A stretch of 64,000 bases of DNA from Pseudogymnoascus verrucosus (lineage: Eukaryota): assembly GCA_001662655.1 (NCBI GenBank), contig KV460221.1; one strand, written 5' to 3'. A model generated the notes under the pieces. It was not told the DNA's origin and ran no database searches. It was given only the letters and a program-made list of their open reading frames with translations. Position numbers and translations under genes: made by a program. Below, one piece after another: positions 1 through 11,186 of the stretch (the first letter of the stretch is position 1; every line of letters starts with the position of its first letter).

Positions 1-20
1 AACCCTAACCCTAACCCTAA
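1..20 (+). repeat. Telomere repeat (CCCTAA)n, left chromosome end
   Basis: Window begins aaccctaaccctaaccctaa, i.e. TTAGGG on the minus strand. Confidence 0.93.
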
Positions 21-3000
21 CACAACCCGACGGCATCCCTTACTCTAGATGAATTCTGTCATGGCATCCTCATCCACCTGCTCCACCGAATACTCACTTA
101 TAATCTCCCTCCGTTTCCATCCACTACTGCTCTCTACCTGCGTAATAATCACCGACTCACTTACCTCACCGTTCTGTCCTCTACGCCCGGACTGCTGTAC
201 GAAACTGGTCAATCTATATGGCCGACCAATGTGAATAATTCTCACAATTCCCTTAATGTTGATCCCTGTCCCTAATGCTCCTGTGGCCACAATCCACCCA
301 CCCTCGCCGCCAATCCATTGCTGTAAAACCTCGCCCTTATCGTCTGCCTTTGCTCTATAAAACGGGCACTTCAATTCCTTGCTGATGAACCCACCGGTGT
401 CATAACTCCGTACGTATATGACCCCTCGACTTCCTGCGCTCAATGTCGCCTGCTGCACATACTTGATGGCAATTTCCGACGGTGCCTCGTCCTTGCTGTC
501 CCTAACCTGATATCGGATTGTCTTTCGTGCTGTATTCCGCCGGAAAATCATTGTATTCTCAATGCATAACCGCTCCCTCAACACATCTTCTAACTCAATC
601 ATCAACGTGGCCGTCAATCCGGTAAATGGACAATTCAAATACCGTAACGTCCACAACTCTCGCAACCGCTCCCGGTACGATGTGTCTGTGTATGTAACAT
701 GGCACTCGTCAAAAAACACGTGGGCTAACTGCCCTTCCAATTCCAACCCTTTAGCATAATGCCTAAACCCTCCCTCTACCGCTCGATCTGCGCTGACCAC
801 AATCAACTGCTGCAATTCATGTCCGGACTGCTCATTGATCCACTCCTTACAATTCAACCCAGCTGCCTCCCCACAGCTGACAATGTCATCCACCAATGCT
901 GCAAATGGCACTACTACAATCACCGTCTGCTGACGGGTCATGGCCGCCACCGAAAAAAACAATGCTGACTTCCCACTGCTAGTGGGCAACACAATGACTA
1001 ATGGCCGTGTCAGCGATGGGTGGTGCACTAACTCTAATGCTGCCGCCTATCCTTCTGACCGTGGCTTCGCATAGCTGTCATGGTAAATCCGCTGCAATCC
1101 AATCAATGCTTGGTCCGACATATCAATCCGCTCCCTCTTAATCGGACGGCTGACCAACGCCTAGCTGGCCTCGCGACGATGACCTGCGCCCTTAAACCCC
1201 TGATCCCCTTTTTTAGCCATCTTCCACAATCCGTGCCACGCAATCGATGCCTGCTCATATGCCGTCACCAACTCGGGCCCTAATCGATGCAAAAATGCCC
1301 CATCAATGGCATAATGTGCCTAGGCTACCCGCTGCCCGTGCCCGGACTGTCTGTTCTCATGTTAACCCAATGTCACTAATTTCGGGATACCTAACCACCT
1401 ACCTAACCATAATATGTCGAAATGTATCCAATTCCAACTCCTCCTCATCATCCCCTTCTGCAAACTCCTCATCCCCATCCTCTGCATCCTCGTTCTCCTT
1501 CTCCCATGTCTTGCTGGCTCGCATTAAATGCCGTGTAGCGATGCCAATAGCGACATGCCTCTAACCTGACGCTGTCAACCGCACCCCTAACTGCTTCCTA
1601 GTGGTGGCGCCCAATGCTTGGCTGAACTCCTCCCTGGCCTATAGCCCACGTCCATCCCTAAACAAATACTCTGACTCCCTCTGGTCCAACGCCCGCGCAA
1701 ATGGTCTGACCCTGACCAAATACTAGGCTAATATCTGACCCACCTCTTCTGGTAAACACTGCACAATGTACTCGGTGTTGCCTCGTCTCTTTCGCGCCTT
1801 GTCATACATGGTTAAAAAACACATCTGTCCATTGATGACATATATGTTCCGGGCTGAATAAACGCTGTTATTGACCTTGATCGAACCCAATTCAGGCCCA
1901 CGTGCAGGCTGCCCCCTAGTGACATGCATGCACACCATCAACTTACGCAAAAACTGACGCTCTCTGGTCAAATACGCCTGGACTTGCCCATCAACCCACT
2001 CCAACTCTTCGCTGTCTGCCTTTTTCTTTAACATATTCTACTGGCCATCCCCCCTCTAGGCTCGTTCTAACAAATTCCGGTAATCTCCCTTGACCTGGTC
2101 TTGATTCTGGACATGATCGATGAAACTAAACCCTTGCCGCCGGAATGCCTGGCTCCACGCTATGCTGTCGACGATCCGCTCCAAATCTATGGTCTTAACT
2201 GGTGATTCAAATGTCAACACCATTAATAATTCCTGTAATTCACGAACCAACACCTCGCACATCGTCTCTATCTTGGCTAACTGCACGGGCTGCCCTAAAT
2301 AATATATCGTCTGTTCGTCATCTAACTAATGGACGTTGGACGGCGACTGATGGGTCTTGTTGAACTTCTTGCCCATGGCTAACTGGGTTAAAATGCTGGA
2401 CGTCGGTGAAAATGCCCCCTCGCACAAATGCTTTCGACGTAACTTATGAATCCGGTCGGGGATCGATTCGATGTCAGCCTTGCTCTGTAACCGTAACTTA
2501 GGCCATGGTTCGCACAGAACGGCCACCTCTAACATGACTAAACGGTTGACCTATAACATGCCTGCTAAAATCCCTGTATAAAAAAATGCAGAACGTAATG
2601 TCTGACTCTGGCTGTCGACACCTCACACGGCTAAATAATGCATCATAGGTGAATTATATAACCTAATGCGACTAGTGTCCTGCATCACGGTTAACATACA
2701 CAAACACATCAACGCATTTTTCAACTGGGTTTCTTCATTCTCATCACATTCTAGGTCATTCTCCTTCATCTCTTGTCGTATGCGCTGAATACACTTCCAT
2801 TGGGCTTGGGTGTACTTGACGCAGGTTTCTATGATGCGGGTTAATCTTCATACAAAAATTTCTAATAATCTGAATATATTTGAAAACAATTATTTTACCG
2901 AAACCATATTTCAACCCAAATAAATCAACTCACCCGTCTCATCTGTCCATTCACTAATGGGCGCTGTTCGCATCATATAACAAATAAAACTCTCGAAAAA

Positions 3001-3933
3001 CTCGCTGTATTTATCAATGCTCTTCGCGTTCTGTGGTAATTCAAATGGTCGTTGGCTGGCGGCCTCATTCTTAGGCGACGACCACCACTTCAATGCATCC
3101 TTGTGGTCGGTGGCTTCCAACGTATCCAAACATCGTTTGAAAATGCCTTTCTATGCCTGTAATAATCGTCCTAATTCGGGCTCGTCGGGATCGGGTTTCT
3201 AGGTGAAATTGAACGTTTTGACCATATCATGCTTTGACTGGCTTATCACTTCATTCCACTTAGTGTACTGCAACCACGAATCCATCTCTACTGCAGGCAC
3301 ATTCTTTAACAACGTCAATCGTCGCTCCTGGGCGCTGTCTTTCCATTTCTCAATGTCCTGCACTATCTTGTCAACATTACCTTGGTTGCCATGCCCCCCG
3401 TTATCTGTAACCCTAACCCCAACCCCAACTTCGTCGGTTTCTTCGCCTACGTCTCGTGTTCTCACCCGACGGGCCTGGCGCTCTTGCTCTTGACCCTTAG
3501 CCTCATCAACTATCCAATATCGCGCTCTCCGGTCATCAAACCATGACTGTAACTGGACAATTTCGTACAACTCTTCGTCTGCAACCCTCTGCTTGTTGTG
3601 CGCTTTGTTGCCGTGTTGTTTTAATGCGACCCGGCTTTGGGTCATATACCTGCAATCCTGGCATTTCAAACTGTATATGCTGGGAATGATGGGTTGCGGG
3701 GCCGATCCATCACTGGGTAATGTGACTGTGGTATGGTCGTATGTAAATGGGAACTCCTTAATATACTCTTCTACCTTCTTTCTTAATTCAATGGGTGTTT
3801 TATGCTTGTCTGCTAAATGTCGGGAAATGGCGGTCGGCTGTAATGCGTATTTGCACTGCAAACAAACCAACACATTAAATTCCACATTCAACGCAATCAA
3901 ATGGGTTAATGCTTCGGGTATGGGTTGGGCCAT
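21..3933 (-). pseudogene. Telomere-linked RecQ helicase (TLH-like): N-terminal DUF3505/OrsD-like C2H2 region, central tyrosine-recombinase-like domain, DExH helicase; RIP-inactivated and truncated by the telomere
   Basis: ORF pieces 3199-3933 (LVCLQC..HLADKH, CQDC..HGNKAH, LQSWF..RYWIV), 1723-2034 and 45-1028 (LPTSSGKS Walker A, FFDECH, LTATL, ATGALGTGINI, QQSGR). Many TAG/TAA stops where Gln/Trp codons are expected. Probable introns 2829-2933 and 1351-1402. Confidence 0.9.
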
Positions 3934-4302
3934 GATTCTGCTTTACTGCGTGTGATTTTCAAGTTCATCGGACTGCTTTGTGGGCTGCAATTGTGGGCTT
4001 GGGGTTAACTCAATCACGTCGTGTTTGGGTTGGGTCCCCGCACGGTCCGCACCTTATTTTCCCCATACAAAAAAAACCCAATCACGCTGTGATTGGGGAT
4101 TACTACAAGTTAGGATAGGTGGGTAGGTGGGTAAAGGGCAGGTAGGTGAAGTAGACAGAGAGTGGGGTAGTTGGTGTAGAAGGTGAAGCTGTAGTAGAGA
4201 GTAGATGATCAAGGGTGGTAAGAGGGGAGCCGGGGGAGGGGTACTGCGATTGATATAGGCCAAGGAGGCAAGTGTGTAAGTGAATAACCTACCGGACGAA
4301 AA

Positions 4303-4445
4303 GTGAATCACAAAGGGACATAAATGTGAATGACCTATGAGACGAGATTGAATCACAAAGGGACGTGAATGTGAATAAGCTGTAAGGCCAAGGTGAATCA
4401 CAAAGGGACGTGAATGATGATGTCAAGGCGAGCAACAAGGGACGT
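4303..4445 (+). repeat. 45-bp-period direct repeat array with conserved core TGAATCACAAAGGGAC(G/A)T(G/A)AATG and variable spacers
   Basis: GAATC of the core at 4305, 4350 and 4395; partial ACAAGGGAC at 4435 and ACAAAGGGAC at 4502. Confidence 0.85.
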
Positions 4446-4560
4446 TCAAGCGAGTAATAGAGAGCAATAAATAGAAAAGCAAAGGGAAAGGTCGACCTAT
4501 AACAAAGGGACATAGATGATAGAGAATGAAGGAGAGCTGGGGTTCCGATAGATGCCCCTA

Positions 4561-5197
4561 TTAGTATAGCTCGAATTGGATGAGCGCAGCCGCTGCAACC
4601 TTGACCCCCCAGATTGCCTTGCCGCCTCCAAAGCTTGTTGCTCTGCCGCACCATCCCAGGAACTCATCGACATCCCCAAACCTCTGCTGGAACTGCTCTA
4701 GCAGCCACTCCTCCGCACTGCTGCCACAGAAGATGCCATAGCAGAGCGGCATGACGATGTCAGCATAGAGGCAGCTCTGACAGTCGTGATACGGGCTGAT
4801 CTACAGCCCCCTGCGCCCAACAGCGTCCCTCGCACGACTGCGAGCCTCGAAGAACTCGGACCGGCGCCAGCATGTAGGGAAGGCGTGGTCCCATGCGTTG
4901 CCGAGCGCCCTGCAGAGTAGGCATGTGCCCTGGACCGCAAGGAGGTCCTCCTGGTATCGGCTGAGCTCGAGGTCGGCCAGGCGGCGCTTCTCCTAAATAG
5001 CTGCGCTGCCGGTAGGCTGGAGGGCTGGGACGGCAGGGGCAGCAGGCAGCGGAGCCCGAGCCGGACCAGCGCCGCAGATGTCACACGCAGCGTCCTCGTC
5101 GGCCTGGCATTGTCGCCGCCAGTGCAGCTCCAGGTCGAGGTGTTCGCTCAGGCAGGTCCGGCGGCACTCCTAGCCAAGCAGGTAGCGATGGCGTAGC
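4561..5197 (-). pseudogene. Orphan RecQ/TLH C-terminal zinc-binding region (helicase core missing)
   Basis: Minus-strand translation HRYLLG*ECRRTCLSEHLD..QC..AACDIC, then CLLC and further Cys pairs, ending IQFELY* at 4561. Confidence 0.75.
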
Positions 5198-5205
5198 TAG
5201 GGTGA

Positions 5206-7991
5206 TTACACAACCTCAAAGTAGCGAACGTGCCGGTTCTCCTTGAAAAAGGTTTGGAGAAAGCAGGCTGTATACTTCTTGGCTTGCCTTGCTCGCTGTG
5301 GCTGAAGCTGATGTATGTCGGATACATGCCGGTGCATTGTCTTCTCGCTGACTGTATAAAAAAGGGGTCCAGCTGCACAGGCCTCACAACGATAGCCCTT
5401 AAGTAGCTAGAGACCAGTGATTGCAGGACTGCGAGGTAGAGGTAGAGTGACATCCTTAGGCTAGGCAAGCTCGTACTAGGCGAACTGCTGGACTCGGGCC
5501 TTGCAGACTAGGCCGAGGATTCTATGAACTGTTCGTAGGTGTCGGTACCAGGCTATCTCTGTTGTCTGAAGGGCTGACTCGCATATTAGACAGAGCAGCA
5601 CTTTGTACTGACTCATATATTGGAAGTCTACAGTTGGAGAGGGAGGACTAGGACAGTGTCGCTTCGCTGGCAGATCTAGCGTCTGGTGGCTCTGCTCTTC
5701 TATGCCTAGGCCTCTCTTTGTAGAGCAGCCCTCTAGCCTAGGGCTAGGCACAGGGGCACGCAGCTGGAGTAGACGCAGCAGGCTGTCGGAGCGGCACTGG
5801 TCGCGGTAGTGCTGTTCGTTCCACTGCTGCCAGAGAGTAGAGAGGCGTAGGTAGAGCTCGAGCAGCTCGGGCTGGAGCCGGGTTGGATAGGAGCGATCGA
5901 TTGCGTAGCTAGTTAGCAGCATCCGAGTGCTGTGCCCAGCACCCATAGCAAGGATGCTTGCTGGCTCAGAGGCAGACTTAGGCTCGTAGAAGTTGATCTA
6001 CTCAACTAGCTTGCTAATGTAACGCTTAGCGATGGCAAGAGACGCCTAGCGATATAGCGCGAGGCCTATTGGTGATGGTAGGTCTTTCGTTGCACCCTAG
6101 AGTATCTCAGTGGCCTGTAGGGAGGACAGGTGCCTCCTCTTCCTCCTAGGATCTTGGAAGAGGAACTCTAGGGCTAAGCAGAGGTGGGCAAGGCTAAGCT
6201 GGCGATATAGGAAGTCTATGAACGGCCGGATGTAAACGAGGTACTAATAAACGGCCCTTCCAAGTGCATTAGGCAGATATCGTACAATGTAAAACGAATG
6301 GTTGTTTGTAGCCCTTAACTTGTTATATTCAAACACAATTGCAACACGGCCATTGATGATGAAGACGTTCCGTATAGCCTGCTCCGTATTGCAGACTCGG
6401 ACAGCAGTGATCTCTAAGCCTCGCGCTAGGAGGCCTGCTATGACATGAACTGACGTGAAGATCTCGTTCGAGAGCTGGGCCCCAAGCTCGGCATACTTAA
6501 GACACCCAGCACTTATCCAGCGACCGCCCTTTACTAGGCCGAGGGCTAGGGCAGACCAGGCACGGCGCGAGAGGGCCTTATAAGCAAACCTCACGTCGTT
6601 CTTCTCCTCGCGTAGGAACGACCAGCCAGCTCTCCTGCAGGTCAGGTCATCTCTAACTAAGCAGAGGTTAGGGGAGGGTGGTTGCCATCCAAGCATGGCC
6701 TGCTCTACCCGCTCCTCAACCTTCTTAATAGACATTGCATATAGGCAGGTGAGGTCAAGCACGCGAACTGCCTAGTGTGCAATTGAAAAGGATCGCCCGT
6801 CTGCAGCCCACGCCAGGTTGGCTCGCGCCCCCTCCTTCTTAACAATCGACTTCCCATAGGCGCGTAGCTCGATCATCTCTCCCATTAGATGAAACCCACC
6901 ACGGAGTAGGTATTTGGTCCGGACCTGCTCGAGCCGCCTCACCTAGTCGCTATATGTATCCCGCGCAGGCCAGGGCTGTTGTAGGGTGGAGTAGGCACGC
7001 AGGGGCAGTGCGTATTCGAGGAGGAGCAGCCGGCCAACCCAGATCAGGGCCGAGAGCATAGGCGTGTAGCTATAGGCTGACTTGTATGCTAGTGCCCGCC
7101 GGTGAACCCCAAGAACACCAGTGAAGTGCACGAGGACTGCTGGGGCCAGGTCGCCAGTTGTGCTGCGGAAGGTCCAGAAGGTTATCGACAGCTGCAGCAG
7201 GGCCTCTGCCAGCTGGGATCTAGGGCTGGAGCCTGCGTCTCTCGCTTGTTAGCAGGTCCGACCTCCCTAAAAGTGGCCTGGGGCCAGAACTACCCCCGTG
7301 GGCAAGACTCACCTAGCCCCTCTAGGCGATCGCCCTTGCTATCAGGCAGGGCTTCCCATACAGACTCCATCAGGGCTGCTTCCCGTTCGCAGAACTGAAC
7401 CCCGTAGATCTCCTGCCGCAGAGGCTCGCCTGTTGCCCAGACCCGGAATATGTAGCAGATGAAGCGCTTCCAGATCGCAATGTAGCGTGCGCGCCCAGCA
7501 TCAGTCTGCAAGGGCTAGAAGGGTACTGGCTGGAAGTGGCGCAGGTGGTAGGTCCGAAGCCAGCAGCGGAGCTGGTGATGGGTCTGCCTAAGGGTCTCTT
7601 CAGCCCGGGCAAACATCTAGTCGGTAGCCTGGAGTAGGAGACGCAGCTTCGCCTCGTCAGCAGCAGGGCTCACAAACTCAGTGCCAGCCCAGTCTCCAAG
7701 CACATAGTCGTCGTCTGAGGACGTTGGCTGCAGGGTGCTTGCAGAGAGGATGTCGAGGGGGTGGTTCGCAAGCCGGGCCGGCCACTTTGTATACCTAAGC
7801 CAGAGCGTAGTCTCGTCGTCGTCGACGCAAGAGCGGCCATCGACCTCGTAGTCCTCATCTGCAGCCAGGAGGCGTGCGTCCTCCTCCTCTTCCTGGATTA
7901 GAAGGAGGGCGTCCTTGCTGGGTACCAGAGGCTCTGCTGCGCCTGCTGGCACGCACGCTGCATCTATACCCGCGCCTGCATTCGGAGCCAT
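5206..7991 (-). pseudogene. TLH-related gene with tyrosine-recombinase-like domain and C-terminal DUF3505-like zinc-finger domain; RIP-mutated
   Basis: WLRYTKW (cf. WLQYTKW in the terminal TLH), HFTGVLG, ARGLEI, RNVFIING, EYNK, YIVRYLP, LYR*A, GAGHSTRMLLTSYAID, LLCLIC..HLRTVH, YRCEAC..HVSDIH, LQTFF..RYFEVV*. Many TAG stops. Confidence 0.8.
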
Positions 7992-8082
7992 ATCTTCGAA
8001 TGCAGCGCTCACAGGTGCAACGCTCACGACTGTGTACACAGTAGGAGGAGGAGGAGCAGCACGCCTCCAGGAGAAAGGGGCT

Positions 8083-8219
8083 AGCGAATCAGCGGGCAGG
8101 GATCTGGCATTACGCCGCACGGCCGGCCAGGCCTACGGCGGGACGCGTTTGGCGGGAGGGGCCAGTGCGGCGTAATGCCAGGGGCGCAGCGAATCAGCGG
8201 GCCGGGATCGGGCATTACG
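8083..8219. repeat. Nested direct and inverted repeats upstream of the second TLH-related gene
   Basis: 32-bp direct repeat 8083-8114 / 8188-8219 with 2 mismatches; perfect 17-bp inverted repeat 8104-8120 / 8165-8181. Confidence 0.85.
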
Positions 8220-8248
8220 GCGCGATGCCGCCAAAGCCTCTTAGGTGG

Positions 8249-11186
8249 TAGTGTTCAGCACGGATACTAAAATACCCGTGGTATCTAGGTATATCCTCGA
8301 GTAATTACCTACCTAGTGATATTTTAGGAGTATCTGGCGTATCCGGATACTCTCAAGTATGTATCTAGATACATGCTAAGAATAGCTAAGAATAGCCAAG
8401 ACCTCTTTTTTCTAACGTCGTAAGACCTGTAGTAATGCTGTATAAAGTGATAATTATCCTCAAAATGAGCAACTCGTCGTTATTAGATATACTAACAGAG
8501 CTTAAGGGCTATAATAGCTATAATACTCATAATGAGCCAAGTCTGCTGACGCTGCCGCCCCCTATTTATATTTAACAGGATATTAATCCTACACTGCTCT
8601 AGCTTCAGCCTCTAGGACAAATGCTGCTACTAACGTCGTTAATACTATTCACAAAGCTATTATATTTGCAATTAATACTTAATAGCCACCCACCTACAGT
8701 TAAAGTAACTTGCTTGCAACTAGACTACAGATATTCACCTACTCTATAGCCATTAAGTTAGTGTTACGGCTAGCGTTTACAGCCGCACTTTCGCCGACAC
8801 ACCGGTTATAGTAGTAACAAACATGTTAGCGAGTTGGCCGCCCTTAAGGCAGGGTCAACATCAGGTAACGGAGTTTTCCCAGGCACCTGAGAATTGCCAG
8901 GTACCGGACAGAGCAGGTACCGGACTCTTTCCAGGTACCTGACTATTACTAGGTACCGGACAGAGCAGGTACCGGACTATTCGTGGGCACCTCCTTATGA
9001 GATCCCCACGTGATGGAATAACAGGAATAGTAAGAATAGCAACGGAGTTTGCTATTCCAACTATTCCCTTTAGCACGACGCCTCTATATAAGTAGATAGT
9101 TAGTTCTTAGATAGGAGCTTCGTGCTCAACTCAATATAGTATTTTGTTATATACTGTAACGTGTTTTACGAAAGCCTTTGTGTCTGATCCCCTGCCTCCT
9201 CTGTTAAGTAAACCAACGCAACGAAACCTCTGTAAGTCTTATAGTTTAAGACCCAGCGTTACAGTTAGACATTAACTAGTAATCTTTAGAAGCACTATAC
9301 CTTAAAGCATCTAATAGTAGCATATATAATGAAAGGTCCTACGATTACACTGTTAAGCCTATTAAGTAGTGCATTGTTGTTTTTTTTAAGCTACGGCTAT
9401 AGAACCTGCAAGTCCAGCCTGCTTAAGCTTAAGCATTAAATCGTAGAGCAAAATACCAAGAGTTATTACTCTCATTTGTTATATTAAATAACCTCTCCTT
9501 ATAGCTTATTAAGAGCTATTCGTTCCATTAATTAGTACACTTCTTAAGCCTAAGTACTCTGTTGATATCGTCACGAACGCTACACTAAGAGCTATAGCGG
9601 CAATTCTCATATTACTAAGGATTGCTACAATTAGAACTCTAGTCTCATATTACCTATGGCGGCTAGATATCTATTACGACAGATGCATGGACTACATAGA
9701 ACTATACTAAGTACACTACTGTTACAGGTCATTAGATTAATGAGAAGTGGCAGCACTAGTGTGTATTACTTAATGTAATCCACCTTTAAGAGCCAATTCA
9801 TAGCAGCGAATATCTTGCTTAAGAGTTAGCTGCAGTAACAGATAGCTTTGAAATTACAGGTGCTATCTTTACTTATACGCAGGATAATGCCTTAGCGAAT
9901 ACTGTGATGCTTTTGGAATATGAGAAAATAGCTAGTGAGTAGTAGACGACTATTTAACAGCCATGGACGTTTACTATAAAGGAAGGGGACGTTTAGTGTA
10001 TTACTTATATTATTAATCTTGCAGTTTAAGCTGCTCTAAAGAGCTTGAAAGCCAGCCTAGATATAGAAACAGAAGCGTACTAGTGTAAGCAAGGGCTTGC
10101 CTAGATTCCATAGCGTATTAATAACGCTTCTACTAAAGTATCAGCTACGCTTAAGAAGCTCTAAAGGCATATTTATGTCTTTTAAAACCAAAGAGCATAG
10201 AAGGATGCTTTATAGAAGTAGATAAAAGCTGTAGGCTAGAAGCCACGCTAGTTATCACTTAATATGCCTATACGCTGGAATTCAACGTACTATATGCTTA
10301 AAACAGCTATAAAGCTTTAAATACCAATTACTACAGTATGCTTAACGTAGAAGCTTAATGAGTATTATACTCTTACGACGAATCAGTAGTGTAAGCACTT
10401 AGCTGTTGCTACAATTTGCAACCTACAAATGAATCATACAGTATTTAAGAAGGTATATCCAAATGCTATAGACGATACATGAAGATTACGAGCAAGAGCG
10501 TAGTTCGAAGACGTTTGTAGAACGTACTAAAAGCGAGAGTATCACCTTAATATAGAGCGAATTACCTACAAAACAGCTCTTACAGAAGTAATAGGTGCTA
10601 CTGCCACAATAGATCAAGAACCTAATTCCGACGAAGATCTATTTGCGTTAGAAGGCTTAGCTTTTCAAGAGCTAGAATAGAGGCGCTGGATGCTTAAACC
10701 ACGGCCTGGTGAGCATACCGATATTCTTAAATATTAGTGCGCAAAGCAATACTAATATCTAGTTATTGCCCGTATTGCTTAAGATCATCTAGCAATTCTA
10801 GCGACCTCTGCAGCTTCTAAGCGGGTGTTTAGTAATAGAAGTGATATTATCACAAAGAAGCGGAACAGGTTGTTACCACCTTCTATTAGATATTTACTGT
10901 GCTTACGGAATTAGGGTAAAATACAGGAGGCTGATAGCGATGGTGACGATGCTGACGATGAAGCACCTGAATAGGGGCTTACGGAAAAGGGGGGGGTCTT
11001 GCGGAAAGGGGTTTACTATTATCAAAAGCTTCATTTTTTTTTATATACGCTATTCTATTTTTATATACGATATTCAGCCTCATGTATCCGGATACTTACC
11101 TACCCTACCCGTCAGATCGTCGCCGGGTATATACCCTACCTGTGAGGTTCACGGATACTACCCGGATACGTATCCGCCGAACACTG
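8249..11186 (+). mobile_element. hAT-family DNA transposon, RIP-degenerate
   Basis: Imperfect TIRs tagtgttcagcacggatac / gtatccgccgaacactg with subterminal GGATAC/GTATCC repeats. Transposase motifs TTDAWT (~9676), MPIRWNSTY (~10263) and DHLAILATSAASKRVFS (~10783, hAT dimerisation domain). TpA-rich. Confidence 0.88.
8762..9263 (+). mobile_element. Solo LTR (502 bp) nested in the hAT element
   Basis: TGTTAC...GTTACA termini; 5-bp TSD GTTAG at 8757-8761 and 9264-9268; internal duplicated AGGTACCGGACAGAGCAGGTACCGGACT; TATATAA at ~9085. Confidence 0.9.

Noticed and set aside
45..1028. 327-aa ORF as an intact standalone RecQ gene
   Set aside because: It is a between-stops fragment of a larger RIP-mutated gene; Walker A (TSSGKS) and motif VI are damaged and the C-terminus is missing
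4303..4445. CRISPR array interpretation of the repeat-spacer structure
   Set aside because: Eukaryotic locus, only ~3 units, ~14-bp spacers and no cas genes; kept as an unexplained repeat array
4698..5468. ORF-track proteins 4698-5084 and 5148-5468
   Set aside because: Off-frame shadows; the meaningful frames (RQC and DUF3505-like) are broken by RIP stops
5206..7991. Calling this gene a Starship captain (DUF3435)
   Set aside because: Its motifs align with the neighbouring TLH, and I recognise no DUF3435-specific sequence; it shares only the general YR catalytic pattern
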